Assembly (NCBI GenBank): GCA_016707685.1
Contig: JADJHE010000008.1
Coordinates: 31,300-95,299 of the forward strand
DNA from: Bacteroidota bacterium
Lineage (GTDB): Bacteria > Bacteroidota > Bacteroidia > 2-12-FULL-35-15
DNA length: 64,000 nt
Direction of reading: 5' to 3'
Made by a program: the position numbers and the translations under genes. The notes under the pieces were generated by a model, which worked only from the letters and a program-made list of their open reading frames with translations, did not search any database and was not told where the DNA came from. Positions 52,631-61,974 of this stretch are shown here, piece by piece (position 1 is the first letter of the stretch; each line of letters begins with the position of its first letter).

Positions 52631-55600
52631 ATGAAAAAACATATACTTTCTTTAGCATTTGCTATTCTGAGCAGTGCTTTTATTTTTGGTCAAGACAGTT
52701 GGACGAATGTCGTTAAGGGTGGTCTGAATGGATCTGGCAATCGTTATCTTAATAGTTTTCACATATTTAATGGTGAATTATATGTTGCGGGTGGTTCTAA
52801 CATGGGTTATATAAATAAAACTTCAACTGGAAATCCAAACGACTGGGCTCAAGTACTTTATGGGGATAGTATCACGATGTTTTCTGGATTAAACTCTACG
52901 ACTGAAGGTGGTGGTAAAATGTTTGCAATTGCTAAGGGTGGCCCAGGGCTACCTTCTATTTATCAAACGACAGATGGGAGCAATTGGAATCTATTTTACA
53001 AACATTCAAGCTACGATGAAATTGAATATGTTTTCCCTTTTAAAGGTCAAGGTGCCGTTGATTCAATCTATGCAGGAATATTTGCTTGGCCAAACAGTTT
53101 AATTCTTAGAGCGGCTTATAATACATTGGATACTACAGGTTTTAGCGGAAGTTGGGATACTGTGCTTGATTTTAGCGCTGTTGCTTATGGAACACGCATT
53201 ACTAGCATACAAGAGCACAATGGAAAAATATTTTTGGGTACAAACCTATCAACCTTATGGAGTTCATCAGATGGTGTTAACTGGGTTCAAAACGCGAATG
53301 TTGGCAATGGTTTTGGTAATGGAAACAATTATCAAATTACAGCGTTGGCATCTTTTGGCGGTTATTTATATGTTGGAACAGAAAATGGTACTGATGGGGC
53401 GCAATTATGGCGTTCAAATGATGAAACGACATGGACACTGGTGCAGCAATTTCCAACAGCTTTGGTTGAAATTTCAAGTTTGGCTAATGAAGATGGAAAG
53501 CTTTGGGTAGCTCTTAGACCGGGGAATTTTAATTATGGTGTTGATTTGTATAAATCAACAGATGGAACAACATTTACGGTTTCTGTAACGAATGGTTTTG
53601 GTGACTATAATAACAATGGTTATGATACTTACATAAAAGCATTTGGGAATAATATTTATTGGACAGGGGAGAATTACTATGCTGGAAGAGGGAATGTTTC
53701 TTTGAAACAATATGGAAGCAGAGGAGGTCCAATGAGTGCCGGTTCAGAAATCTGGAGATTGTGTATCACCACACCTCCAACAGTAAATCTAGGTTCTGAT
53801 CAGACAGTATGCGCTGGAACCACAGTAAATTTAGATGCAGGAACAGCAGTTTCGTACCTTTGGAATGATACAACAACAAACCAAACTTTAAATGCATTAT
53901 ATCCAGGTCAATATTGGGTAAGTATTGTGGGTGCAAATGGATGTTCAGCTGCAGATACATTTAATTTAAATAACACAACTTCACCTACTGCTTATATTAC
54001 TAGTCCTCAATTTGGTCCTACTACAGTTTGCGCTGGTGCTCAATTAAATATGACAGCTTCAGCGAATTCGAATCTTATTATTCCCTCTGCTCCTATTCAT
54101 AAACCAACCAGCAATCTTATCACAGATTATTTTTATTCATATGATACAATTGCGGTTTCTGGAATTGTTGATTCTGCCGATGTCTCCTTATATTCGGTAA
54201 CAATAGATAGTTTAGAACACACTTATGTCAATGATGTTGAATTGCGTTTGTATGCACCCAATGGGTCTTCTACCAAATTGTATTTTGGTTATGCTGGTGG
54301 AGGTCAGAATATGATGGGTGCTGAATTTAATATGATGGCAACAAATACAATAAATTCAGGAGCCGGACCTTTCACAGGAGCTTGGTTGCCTGAAGAACCT
54401 TTTAACTGGTTGAATGGAAATTCAAATGGAAATTGGTATCTAGAAATTTATGACCATTATTCAGGTGATACGGGTATTTTAAAAGGTTGGAGCATACGTT
54501 TTGCAGATAGAGATACTGTTATGACTTACGCTTGGACACCAGCAGCTGGTTTGACATCATCAAATACATTGAATACACAATTAACGGCAAGTGTTTCACA
54601 AGATTATATTTTTACTGCAACGAATGCATTAGGTTGCTCTTCTTCTGACACAACAAGCATTTTTGTTCCAACATTAGACATTTTTGTTTCGAACGATTCA
54701 TTGTGTTTTGGTGATTCAGCTACACTTTCTGCTGTTGGTCAAAATATAATTTGGTCGCCTGGTACAACTTTAAGTGGTACCGCAGGACCATTCGTCACAG
54801 CATACCCAGTTACGAATACCATGTATTATGCGCAAGATACTGTTATGGGATGTTTTGTTCAAGACTCTGCTTTAGTTTCAGTTAGTCCTACTTTTTCTAT
54901 AACAACATCAACTCCTACAATTTGTGCAACAGATGTTGCTTTGGCTTATGGAATGGCAAGCGGTGGAATTGCGCCCTATTCTTTTAATTGGATAGATGGT
55001 ACAAATTCTTATAGCAACGATTCGATTTTGGTTACTCTTTCTACTACAACAAGTTATACTGTTACTGCATCGGATGCATTTGGTTGTGTTGCAATTGACC
55101 TCACTACAATTAATGTAACACCAAGTACAGCTATTTTTGGTAATGTAACCTATTCTGGAGGAGTATTATCTAATGGAGGAACAGCTGTATTGTATAACTC
55201 ATACCCATTCTTTATTTCATTTGATACTGTTCAAACTGCATCTATTGATGGGTCTGGAAATTACTTATTCACAGCAGTCCCTTTTGGTGATTACATTGTA
55301 AAAGTGTTTCCAAATGCAACATATCCAACAACAATTCCAACATATTCGAATAATACCTATCTGTGGGATGCAGCAAATGTTATTGTGCATGGTTGTAATC
55401 AATCCGATACTGCAAATGTTTTAATGGTAGAACAAGTTGCACCAGTTGCAGGACCAGGATTATTGGGCGGTAGAATTGTTGAGGGGAATGGATTTGGCCG
55501 TTTAGAAGGCGATCCAATTCCGGGTATTGACGTTAAATTAGGTAGAAATCCAGGTGGAGCACTAGTGGTTAACACAACTACAGATAACAATGGAGAATAC

Positions 55601-56071
55601 GTTTTCACGAGCTTACCTTTAAACGATGGTGGAGCAAATGGAGTAAGTTATACCGTTTATGTTGATATCCCAGGTTTAGGCAGAGACTCATCCTATACTG
55701 TTGCTATTGATGCAACGACTCCTATATTGGATAGTTTGAACTATTTGGTTGATTCAACAACAGTTTACATCGTTCCTAGTTCATCAACAGGAATTAGTAA
55801 TCCAACGATTGCAAAAGAAAATAAATTTAATGTATATCCGAATCCTTTTAATGAAAACACAACAATAGCTTATACATTAAATGCTGATGCGGAAGTTCGT
55901 TTAGAAATTTATAATGTGTTAGGAATAAAAATTGAAAGCATTGTAAACACAAAACAACAAGCAGGCGAATTCAAGTATTTAATGGACAACAAAATGAATG
56001 CTGGGGTGTATTTTATCAGCTTAACAATTAATGATAAAACAGCAACTCAGCGAGTTGTAAAAATGAAATAA
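52631..56071 (+). CDS. large T9SS-secreted cargo protein: beta-propeller-like N-terminal region, Ig-like repeats, proprotein-convertase P-domain, CarboxypepD_reg-like domain, T9SS C-terminal sorting domain
   Basis: Signal peptide. P-domain-like segment (..VNDVELRLYAPNGSSTKLYFGYAGGG...NWYLEIYDHYSGDTGILKGWSIRF). C-terminal FNVYPNPFNENTTIAYTL...VRLEIYNVLGIKI...GVYFISLTINDKTATQRVVKM matches the Por/T9SS CTD. Confidence 0.8.
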   Translation: MKKHILSLAFAILSSAFIFGQDSWTNVVKGGLNGSGNRYLNSFHIFNGELYVAGGSNMGYINKTSTGNPNDWAQVLYGDSITMFSGLNSTTEGGGKMFAIAKGGPGLPSIYQTTDGSNWNLFYKHSSYDEIEYVFPFKGQGAVDSIYAGIFAWPNSLILRAAYNTLDTTGFSGSWDTVLDFSAVAYGTRITSIQEHNGKIFLGTNLSTLWSSSDGVNWVQNANVGNGFGNGNNYQITALASFGGYLYVGTENGTDGAQLWRSNDETTWTLVQQFPTALVEISSLANEDGKLWVALRPGNFNYGVDLYKSTDGTTFTVSVTNGFGDYNNNGYDTYIKAFGNNIYWTGENYYAGRGNVSLKQYGSRGGPMSAGSEIWRLCITTPPTVNLGSDQTVCAGTTVNLDAGTAVSYLWNDTTTNQTLNALYPGQYWVSIVGANGCSAADTFNLNNTTSPTAYITSPQFGPTTVCAGAQLNMTASANSNLIIPSAPIHKPTSNLITDYFYSYDTIAVSGIVDSADVSLYSVTIDSLEHTYVNDVELRLYAPNGSSTKLYFGYAGGGQNMMGAEFNMMATNTINSGAGPFTGAWLPEEPFNWLNGNSNGNWYLEIYDHYSGDTGILKGWSIRFADRDTVMTYAWTPAAGLTSSNTLNTQLTASVSQDYIFTATNALGCSSSDTTSIFVPTLDIFVSNDSLCFGDSATLSAVGQNIIWSPGTTLSGTAGPFVTAYPVTNTMYYAQDTVMGCFVQDSALVSVSPTFSITTSTPTICATDVALAYGMASGGIAPYSFNWIDGTNSYSNDSILVTLSTTTSYTVTASDAFGCVAIDLTTINVTPSTAIFGNVTYSGGVLSNGGTAVLYNSYPFFISFDTVQTASIDGSGNYLFTAVPFGDYIVKVFPNATYPTTIPTYSNNTYLWDAANVIVHGCNQSDTANVLMVEQVAPVAGPGLLGGRIVEGNGFGRLEGDPIPGIDVKLGRNPGGALVVNTTTDNNGEYVFTSLPLNDGGANGVSYTVYVDIPGLGRDSSYTVAIDATTPILDSLNYLVDSTTVYIVPSSSTGISNPTIAKENKFNVYPNPFNENTTIAYTLNADAEVRLEIYNVLGIKIESIVNTKQQAGEFKYLMDNKMNAGVYFISLTINDKTATQRVVKMK

Positions 56072-56074
56072 TAA

Positions 56075-58338
56075 ATGAGAAAAAATTTAAAAATAAATAC
56101 AATGACAAAAGCCTTTAAGGCTTTTGTTGTTTTTGGACTTTTAATTTCTGCAAATAAAATAATTGCTCAACCGCTTACAGCAAATGCAGGACCAGATCAA
56201 AATATTTGCGATGGTGCAGGTGGCGTAACAATTGGAGGAGCTCCAACAGCTACATTTGGTACACCTCCTTATACCTATTCCTGGGCTCCAGCTTTTGGTT
56301 TAAGTTCTACCACTGTTGCAAATCCAGTTGCTACACCAAACTCAAATGTAACCTACACGCTTACTGTAACCGATGCAGTAGCAGCCACTTCGTCTGATGG
56401 TATTTATGTTGGGGTTACTTATCCAGCAAGTGCTTTTGCTGGTGGAAATATGACTATATGTGCTGGTACAACAACTGTAAATTTATCTGCTTCAATGGGT
56501 GGTTCTGCTTCTTCGTTAACATGGACAACATCAGGAACGGGAAGTTTTTCTAGTCCTACATCCATGGTTACAACCTACACTCCTTCACCTGCAGATGAGC
56601 TTGCTGGAAGTGTTTTTTTAACCATGACAACAAATGACCCTGCAGGACCTTGTCCTGCAGCTACAAGTTCGTTAACATTAACAATAAACCCTATTCCTGT
56701 AGCAACAATTAATGGAGGCACATCCTTCTGCGATGGTGGTCCTATTTCTTATATAGCAGATCCAGTTGCAGGTGCTACTTATAGTTGGTCAGGACCAAAC
56801 GGATTTTCTTCCACAGATCAAAATCCAATAATCAATCCAGCTTCAGCAATTAATTCAGGACTTTATACACTAATTGTTGCTGTTGGTGCTTGTGCAGATA
56901 CAGCTGATATTACAGCTGTTGTAAATCCAACGCCATCGTCTTCAATAACAGGCTTGACAGATGTTATCTGTAACGGGCAAAGTAATGGAACGGCAACAGT
57001 TACGGCAACAGGCGGACTCCTCCTTATTTATATTTTTGGGACGATCCAATGAACCAAACAACTGCTACTGCAATTAATTTGAGTGTTGGAAATTATAATG
57101 TCTCAGTCTCGGATGCAAATGGTTGCAATGCCAACAATGCAAGTGTAGGCATTAATGAACCTACTGCGATGTTTACCAATGTGTTTTCTCCAACAATTTG
57201 TTTAGGCGATTCAGTTACTATTAATCCAATTGTTGCGGGTGGCGTTCCTCCTTATTCGTATGTGTGGGATCAAGGCGGTACGTATTATTACACACCTACT
57301 TTACCACTTGCGCCAACAAGTTCAGTTACATTCACATTAACAGTTACCGATGCAAATGGTTGTTATTCTACTAGTAATCCAGGAATAACGGTTAGCCCTT
57401 TAACAGAGATGTATGGTTCAATTGATTATTCAGGTGGTCCTTTGGTAAATGGCGGAACAGCAGTTTTGCTAAATTGGTATCCTACATTTACAACATTTGA
57501 TACCATTCAAACTTATGCAATCAATGCTGCTGGAACGTATTTCTTTTCGGCTGTACCAGCAGGAAATTAGTTAATAAAAGTATTTCCTGATACATTGTTA
57601 TATCCTTCTACAGTGCCAACCTATTTTGGAGATCAGTATTTGTGGACTTTGGCCCAGGTTAAAAATCACGGTTGTGTTGATGTGGATACAGCAAATATAT
57701 TTATGGTTGAAGGTGTTACAGGTGTTGGACCAGGAATGTTGCAAGGAACGGTATTGGAAGGGCCAGGTTTTGGACGTTTAGAAGGAGATCCCATACCCGG
57801 AATTGATATTAAATTGGGACGAAACCCTGGCGGAGCATTGGTAACGCAAACAACAACAAATGCTACCGGACAATTTACATTTGATAATATTGACATAAAT
57901 ACTCCGGGCGAATATTATACGGTATATGTTGATTTACCTGGACGAGAGAGAGACTCAACATACAATGTAATTGTTACCGCAAGTAACACAACATTTAATC
58001 AGTTGGATTATGCAGTTGACAGCAATTCAGTTTATCCAATAAATCCGATTGTTACAAGTATAGGTTATTATAATTTTGCAAACGAAAACAAATTCAGTGT
58101 TTATCCAAATCCATTTAATGAAAATACAACAATAGCATATACCCTTTCTGCCGATGCTGAGGTTCGATTAGAAATTTATAATGTATTAGGAGTTAAAATT
58201 CAAAATATCCTTAGCACAAAACAACAAGCAGGTGAATTCAAGTATGTATTAGATAACAAAATAAATGCTGGTGTGTATTTTATTAGCCTAACAATTAATA
58301 ATAAAACAGCAACTCAACGAGTTGTAAAAATGAAATAA
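56075..58338 (+). pseudogene. inactivated tandem paralog of the T9SS cargo gene, with one frameshift at 57014-57018 and one in-frame TAG at 57568-57570
   Basis: Three ORF pieces (56075..57052, 57049..57570, 57595..58338) are collinear with the intact downstream paralog. The N-terminus MRKNLKINTMTKAFKAF is nearly identical to the next gene. The TAG replaces the TAT (Tyr) of the paralog. Confidence 0.7.
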
Positions 58339-58340
58339 AA

Positions 58341-60329
58341 ATGAGAAAAAATTTAAAAATAAACATGACAACAAAAGCCTTTAAGGCTTTTGCTGTATTA
58401 GGATTGTTGCTTTGTACATTTAATAATGTGCAATCGCAAACAGCTGATGCTGGATTTGACCAAACAATTTGTGAAGGATCGTCTACTTCAATTGGTGGAT
58501 CTCCAACTGCATCAGGTGGACTCGCTCCATACACATATTCTTGGGCTCCATCAACCGGCTTGAACTCCCCGGTTGTTGCTAATCCAATTGCAAACCCAAC
58601 TGTTACAACAACTTATACGGTGACCGTTATTGATGCAAATGCTACAGCAACCTCGGATGTAATTACCGTTACAGTTAATCCTTTGCCATCTTCAGTTACG
58701 GCTAACTCAAACACTCCTGTTTGTGATGGTAGTCAATTGTTTTTATCGGGATCAGCAGCAGGAGGCACAACATTTAGCTGGGCTGGACCAAATGGTTTCA
58801 CGTCAACGCTGCAAAATGCACAAATTAATCCAGTATCAACTTTAGCTGCTGGAACCTATACTTTTACAGCTGTTTCTGCTTTTGGTTGTGCAACTAGTGC
58901 AACTACCAATGTTTTTGTTTCAGCATTGCCTGTTGTAACAATAGCATCAACCACAAATGTAACATGTAATGGTTTGTCAGATGGAACAGCTACCGCAAAT
59001 GCAACAGGTGGTGTTGGTCCATATACTTATTCTTGGTCTCCATCTGCAAATACGACTCAAGTTGCAGTTGGCTTAGCTGCGGGAGCTTACACTGTTTATG
59101 CAACTGATTTAAATGGATGTTCATCGCTAGCAAATACAACCATTACTGAACCAACAGCGATTAATTTAAGTGCACCTTATCCAACAGCTTGTTTAGGAGA
59201 TTCAACTCTTATCAATTCTTCAATTAGTGGTGGTATTCCTCCTTATACCTATGTATGGGATCAGGGAGGATTTTATTACTACACACCTTCAATAAATATT
59301 GCTCCTGCTAGTTCGGTTACATTTACACTTACAGCTACTGATGCAAATGGATGTACAGCATATACCTACACAGGTCTTACTGTTAATCCTTTAAAAGATA
59401 TAGATGGAACAATCGATTATTCTGGAGGAGCTCTAATAAATGGCGGAACAGCAGTATTGTTTAATTGGTATCCAAATTTTACAATATTCGACACGGTTCA
59501 GACTTATCCAATAAACGCTGCTGGAGCATATATTTTTTCAGCAGTGTCATCAGGAAATTATTTAATAAAAATATTCCCAGATACATTGTTATATCCTTCC
59601 ACAGTACCAACCTATTTTGGAGATCAATATTTATGGACCTTGGCACAAGTTAAAAATCATGGTTGTGTTACAAATGATACTGCAAATATATTTATGGTTG
59701 AAGGCGTTACAGGTGTTGGTCCAGGAATGTTGCAAGGTACGGTATTAGAAGGTCCTGGTTTTGGTCGTTTAGAAGGAGATCCAATACCAGGAATTGATAT
59801 TAAATTGGGACGAAATCCAGGTGGAGCATTGGTAGCACAAACAACAACCAATGCTACAGGACAATTTACATTTGATAATATTGATGTAAATGCTGCAGGC
59901 GAATACTATACAGTATATGTTGATTTACCCGGAAGAGAAAGAGATTCTACCTACAATGTAACTATTACAGCAATCGATACAACATTTAACCAATTGGATT
60001 ATGCGGTGGATAGCAATTCGGTATATCCGCTTAATCCTGTTAATGTGGGAATTAGTAATAGCGATCTTGCAAAAGAAAACAAATTTAACGTTTATCCAAA
60101 TCCGTTTAAAGGAACAACAACTGTTGCATACACTTTAAATACCGATGCTGATGTGCGTTTGGATGTTTATAATGTATTGGGTGTAAAGGTTCAATCCATT
60201 GTAAATACAAATCAACAAAAAGGCGAATTCAACTATAACCTGGATACTAATTTTAATTCGGGAATTTATTTTGTGAGTTTGACGATTAATGGTAAAACAA
60301 GCACACAAAGAGTCATAAAGATGGATTAG
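58341..60329 (+). CDS. T9SS-secreted cargo protein paralog with Ig-like repeats, a CarboxypepD_reg-like domain and a T9SS CTD
   Basis: It shares near-identical N-terminal and C-terminal regions with the upstream copies. The CTD reads FNVYPNPFKGTTTVAYTL..VRLDVYNVLGVKV..GIYFVSLTINGKTSTQRVIKM. Confidence 0.8.
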   Translation: MRKNLKINMTTKAFKAFAVLGLLLCTFNNVQSQTADAGFDQTICEGSSTSIGGSPTASGGLAPYTYSWAPSTGLNSPVVANPIANPTVTTTYTVTVIDANATATSDVITVTVNPLPSSVTANSNTPVCDGSQLFLSGSAAGGTTFSWAGPNGFTSTLQNAQINPVSTLAAGTYTFTAVSAFGCATSATTNVFVSALPVVTIASTTNVTCNGLSDGTATANATGGVGPYTYSWSPSANTTQVAVGLAAGAYTVYATDLNGCSSLANTTITEPTAINLSAPYPTACLGDSTLINSSISGGIPPYTYVWDQGGFYYYTPSINIAPASSVTFTLTATDANGCTAYTYTGLTVNPLKDIDGTIDYSGGALINGGTAVLFNWYPNFTIFDTVQTYPINAAGAYIFSAVSSGNYLIKIFPDTLLYPSTVPTYFGDQYLWTLAQVKNHGCVTNDTANIFMVEGVTGVGPGMLQGTVLEGPGFGRLEGDPIPGIDIKLGRNPGGALVAQTTTNATGQFTFDNIDVNAAGEYYTVYVDLPGRERDSTYNVTITAIDTTFNQLDYAVDSNSVYPLNPVNVGISNSDLAKENKFNVYPNPFKGTTTVAYTLNTDADVRLDVYNVLGVKVQSIVNTNQQKGEFNYNLDTNFNSGIYFVSLTINGKTSTQRVIKMD

Positions 60330-60345
60330 TTTTCATAAAAAAAAG

Positions 60346-60386
60346 AAAAGCCCAATCCATCATTTGGATTGGGCTTTTCTTTTTTA
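60346..60386 (+). terminator. rho-independent terminator
   Basis: A 14-bp stem AAAAGCCCAATCCA / TGGATTGGGCTTTT with loop TCATT, followed by TTTTTT. Confidence 0.8.
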
Positions 60387-60436
60387 TCTAAAATCCATTA
60401 AAAAATATAATTTTGTACTCGAATAAAAAATACATA

Positions 60437-61879
60437 ATGGAAACCTTAAAAAGAACAAAAGTGAAAGAGCTGTTAGATTCAACAGCATTTGGAAGCACAG
60501 TAACAGTGAAAGGATGGGTACGAACTTTTCGTAACAATCAATTTATTGCTATTAATGATGGTTCTACCATAAATAATATTCAAGCTGTTGTTGATTTTGA
60601 AAACACAGATGAAACACTTTTAAAACGCCTTACTACTGGTGCAGCAATTAGCATTACTGGAGAGTTAATTGAATCGTTGGGGAAAGGACAAAAAGTGGAG
60701 GTGAAAGTAAAACACCTGGAAATATTGGGGGATAGTGATGCCGAAAAATTTCCATTGCAACCGAAAAAACACAGCTTAGAGTTTTTGCGCGAAATAGCAC
60801 ATTTACGTTTTCGTACAAACACATTTAATGCAGTATTTAAAGTGCGCCATTCATTAGCATTTGCAATACATCAATTTTTTAATGAAAGAGGATTTGTATA
60901 CATGCATACGCCTATTATTACAGCTTCGGATGCAGAAGGTGCTGGTGAAATGTTCCGCGTAACTACCTTGGATTTTGATAATCCTCCTCGCACGGAAGAA
61001 GGACAAATTGATTTTAAACAAGATTTTTTTGGTAGATCAACCAATCTTACTGTTAGTGGTCAGTTAGAGGGAGAACTTGCTGCAATGGCATTTGGTGATA
61101 TATACACCTTTGGACCAACATTCCGTGCCGAAAATTCAAATACAACGCGTCACTTGGCAGAGTTTTGGATGATAGAGCCAGAGATGGCGTTCTATGATTT
61201 AAAAGACAACATGCAACTTGCAGAAGATTTGTTGAAGTATGTTATAAAACATGCAATGGCAACTTGTGCAGATGAAATTGAATTTTTGAAAAACAGATTG
61301 CTAGAAGAAGAAAAACAAAAACCTCAAGATGAACGTTCCGAGCTAGATTTAGTTTCTAAATTAAATTTTTGTTTAGATAACAACTTTGAACGTTTAACCT
61401 ATACCGAAGCAATTGAAATTTTAAAAAATTCAACACCTAACAAAAAGAAAAAATTTAAATACTTAATTGAGTCTTGGGGTGCTGATTTACAAAGTGAACA
61501 CGAGCGTTATTTAGTTGAAAAGCATTTCAAAAAACCTGTAATTCTTACAGATTATCCAAAGGACATAAAATCGTTTTACATGCGTCAAAATGAGGATGGA
61601 AAAACAGTTGCTGCCATGGATATATTATTCCCAGGTATTGGTGAAATAATAGGAGGCTCTCAGCGTGAGGAGCGTTTAGACTTATTGGAAAAACGTATGC
61701 ATGAAATGCACATCCCAACAGAAGAATTGTATTGGTATTTAGATACGCGTAGATTTGGAACAGCGCCACATGCGGGATTTGGATTAGGTTTTGAGCGCTT
61801 GGTTTTATTTGTAACGGGCATGACTAACATTCGTGACGTAATTGCTTTTCCTCGCGCACCTAAAACAGCTGAATTCTAA
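60437..61879 (+). CDS. asnS: asparagine--tRNA ligase
   Basis: Class IIb aaRS: an OB-fold N-terminus (VKGWVRTFR), motif 2 ([17 protein letters not shown]) and motif 3 ([10 protein letters not shown]). The start was set at METLKR. The upstream in-frame ATG at 60413 is also possible. Confidence 0.9.
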   Translation: METLKRTKVKELLDSTAFGSTVTVKGWVRTFRNNQFIAINDGSTINNIQAVVDFENTDETLLKRLTTGAAISITGELIESLGKGQKVEVKVKHLEILGDSDAEKFPLQPKKHSLEFLREIAHLRFRTNTFNAVFKVRHSLAFAIHQFFNERGFVYMHTPIITASDAEGAGEMFRVTTLDFDNPPRTEEGQIDFKQDFFGRSTNLTVSGQLEGELAAMAFGDIYTFGPTFRAENSNTTRHLAEFWMIEPEMAFYDLKDNMQLAEDLLKYVIKHAMATCADEIEFLKNRLLEEEKQKPQDERSELDLVSKLNFCLDNNFERLTYTEAIEILKNSTPNKKKKFKYLIESWGADLQSEHERYLVEKHFKKPVILTDYPKDIKSFYMRQNEDGKTVAAMDILFPGIGEIIGGSQREERLDLLEKRMHEMHIPTEELYWYLDTRRFGTAPHAGFGLGFERLVLFVTGMTNIRDVIAFPRAPKTAEF

Positions 61880-61905
61880 AAAAAACAATCTAATATTTGA
61901 CAAAT

Positions 61906-61945
61906 AAAGCCCCTTTAAAAAAATTAGAGGGGCTTTTTTCTTTTT
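61906..61945 (+). terminator. rho-independent terminator downstream of asnS
   Basis: AAAGCCCCTTTAA-AAAA-TTAGAGGGGCTTT followed by TTTCTTTTTC. Confidence 0.7.
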
Positions 61946-61974
61946 CTTATCTTTATTCGTTCTTAAAAAATAGC

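Noticed and set aside
55399-59851. Three near-identical antisense ORFs: 55399..55608, 57666..57896 and 59657..59851
   Set aside because: They lie antisense inside the duplicated 3' regions of the T9SS cargo genes. Their repetition is a consequence of the tandem duplication, not independent genes.
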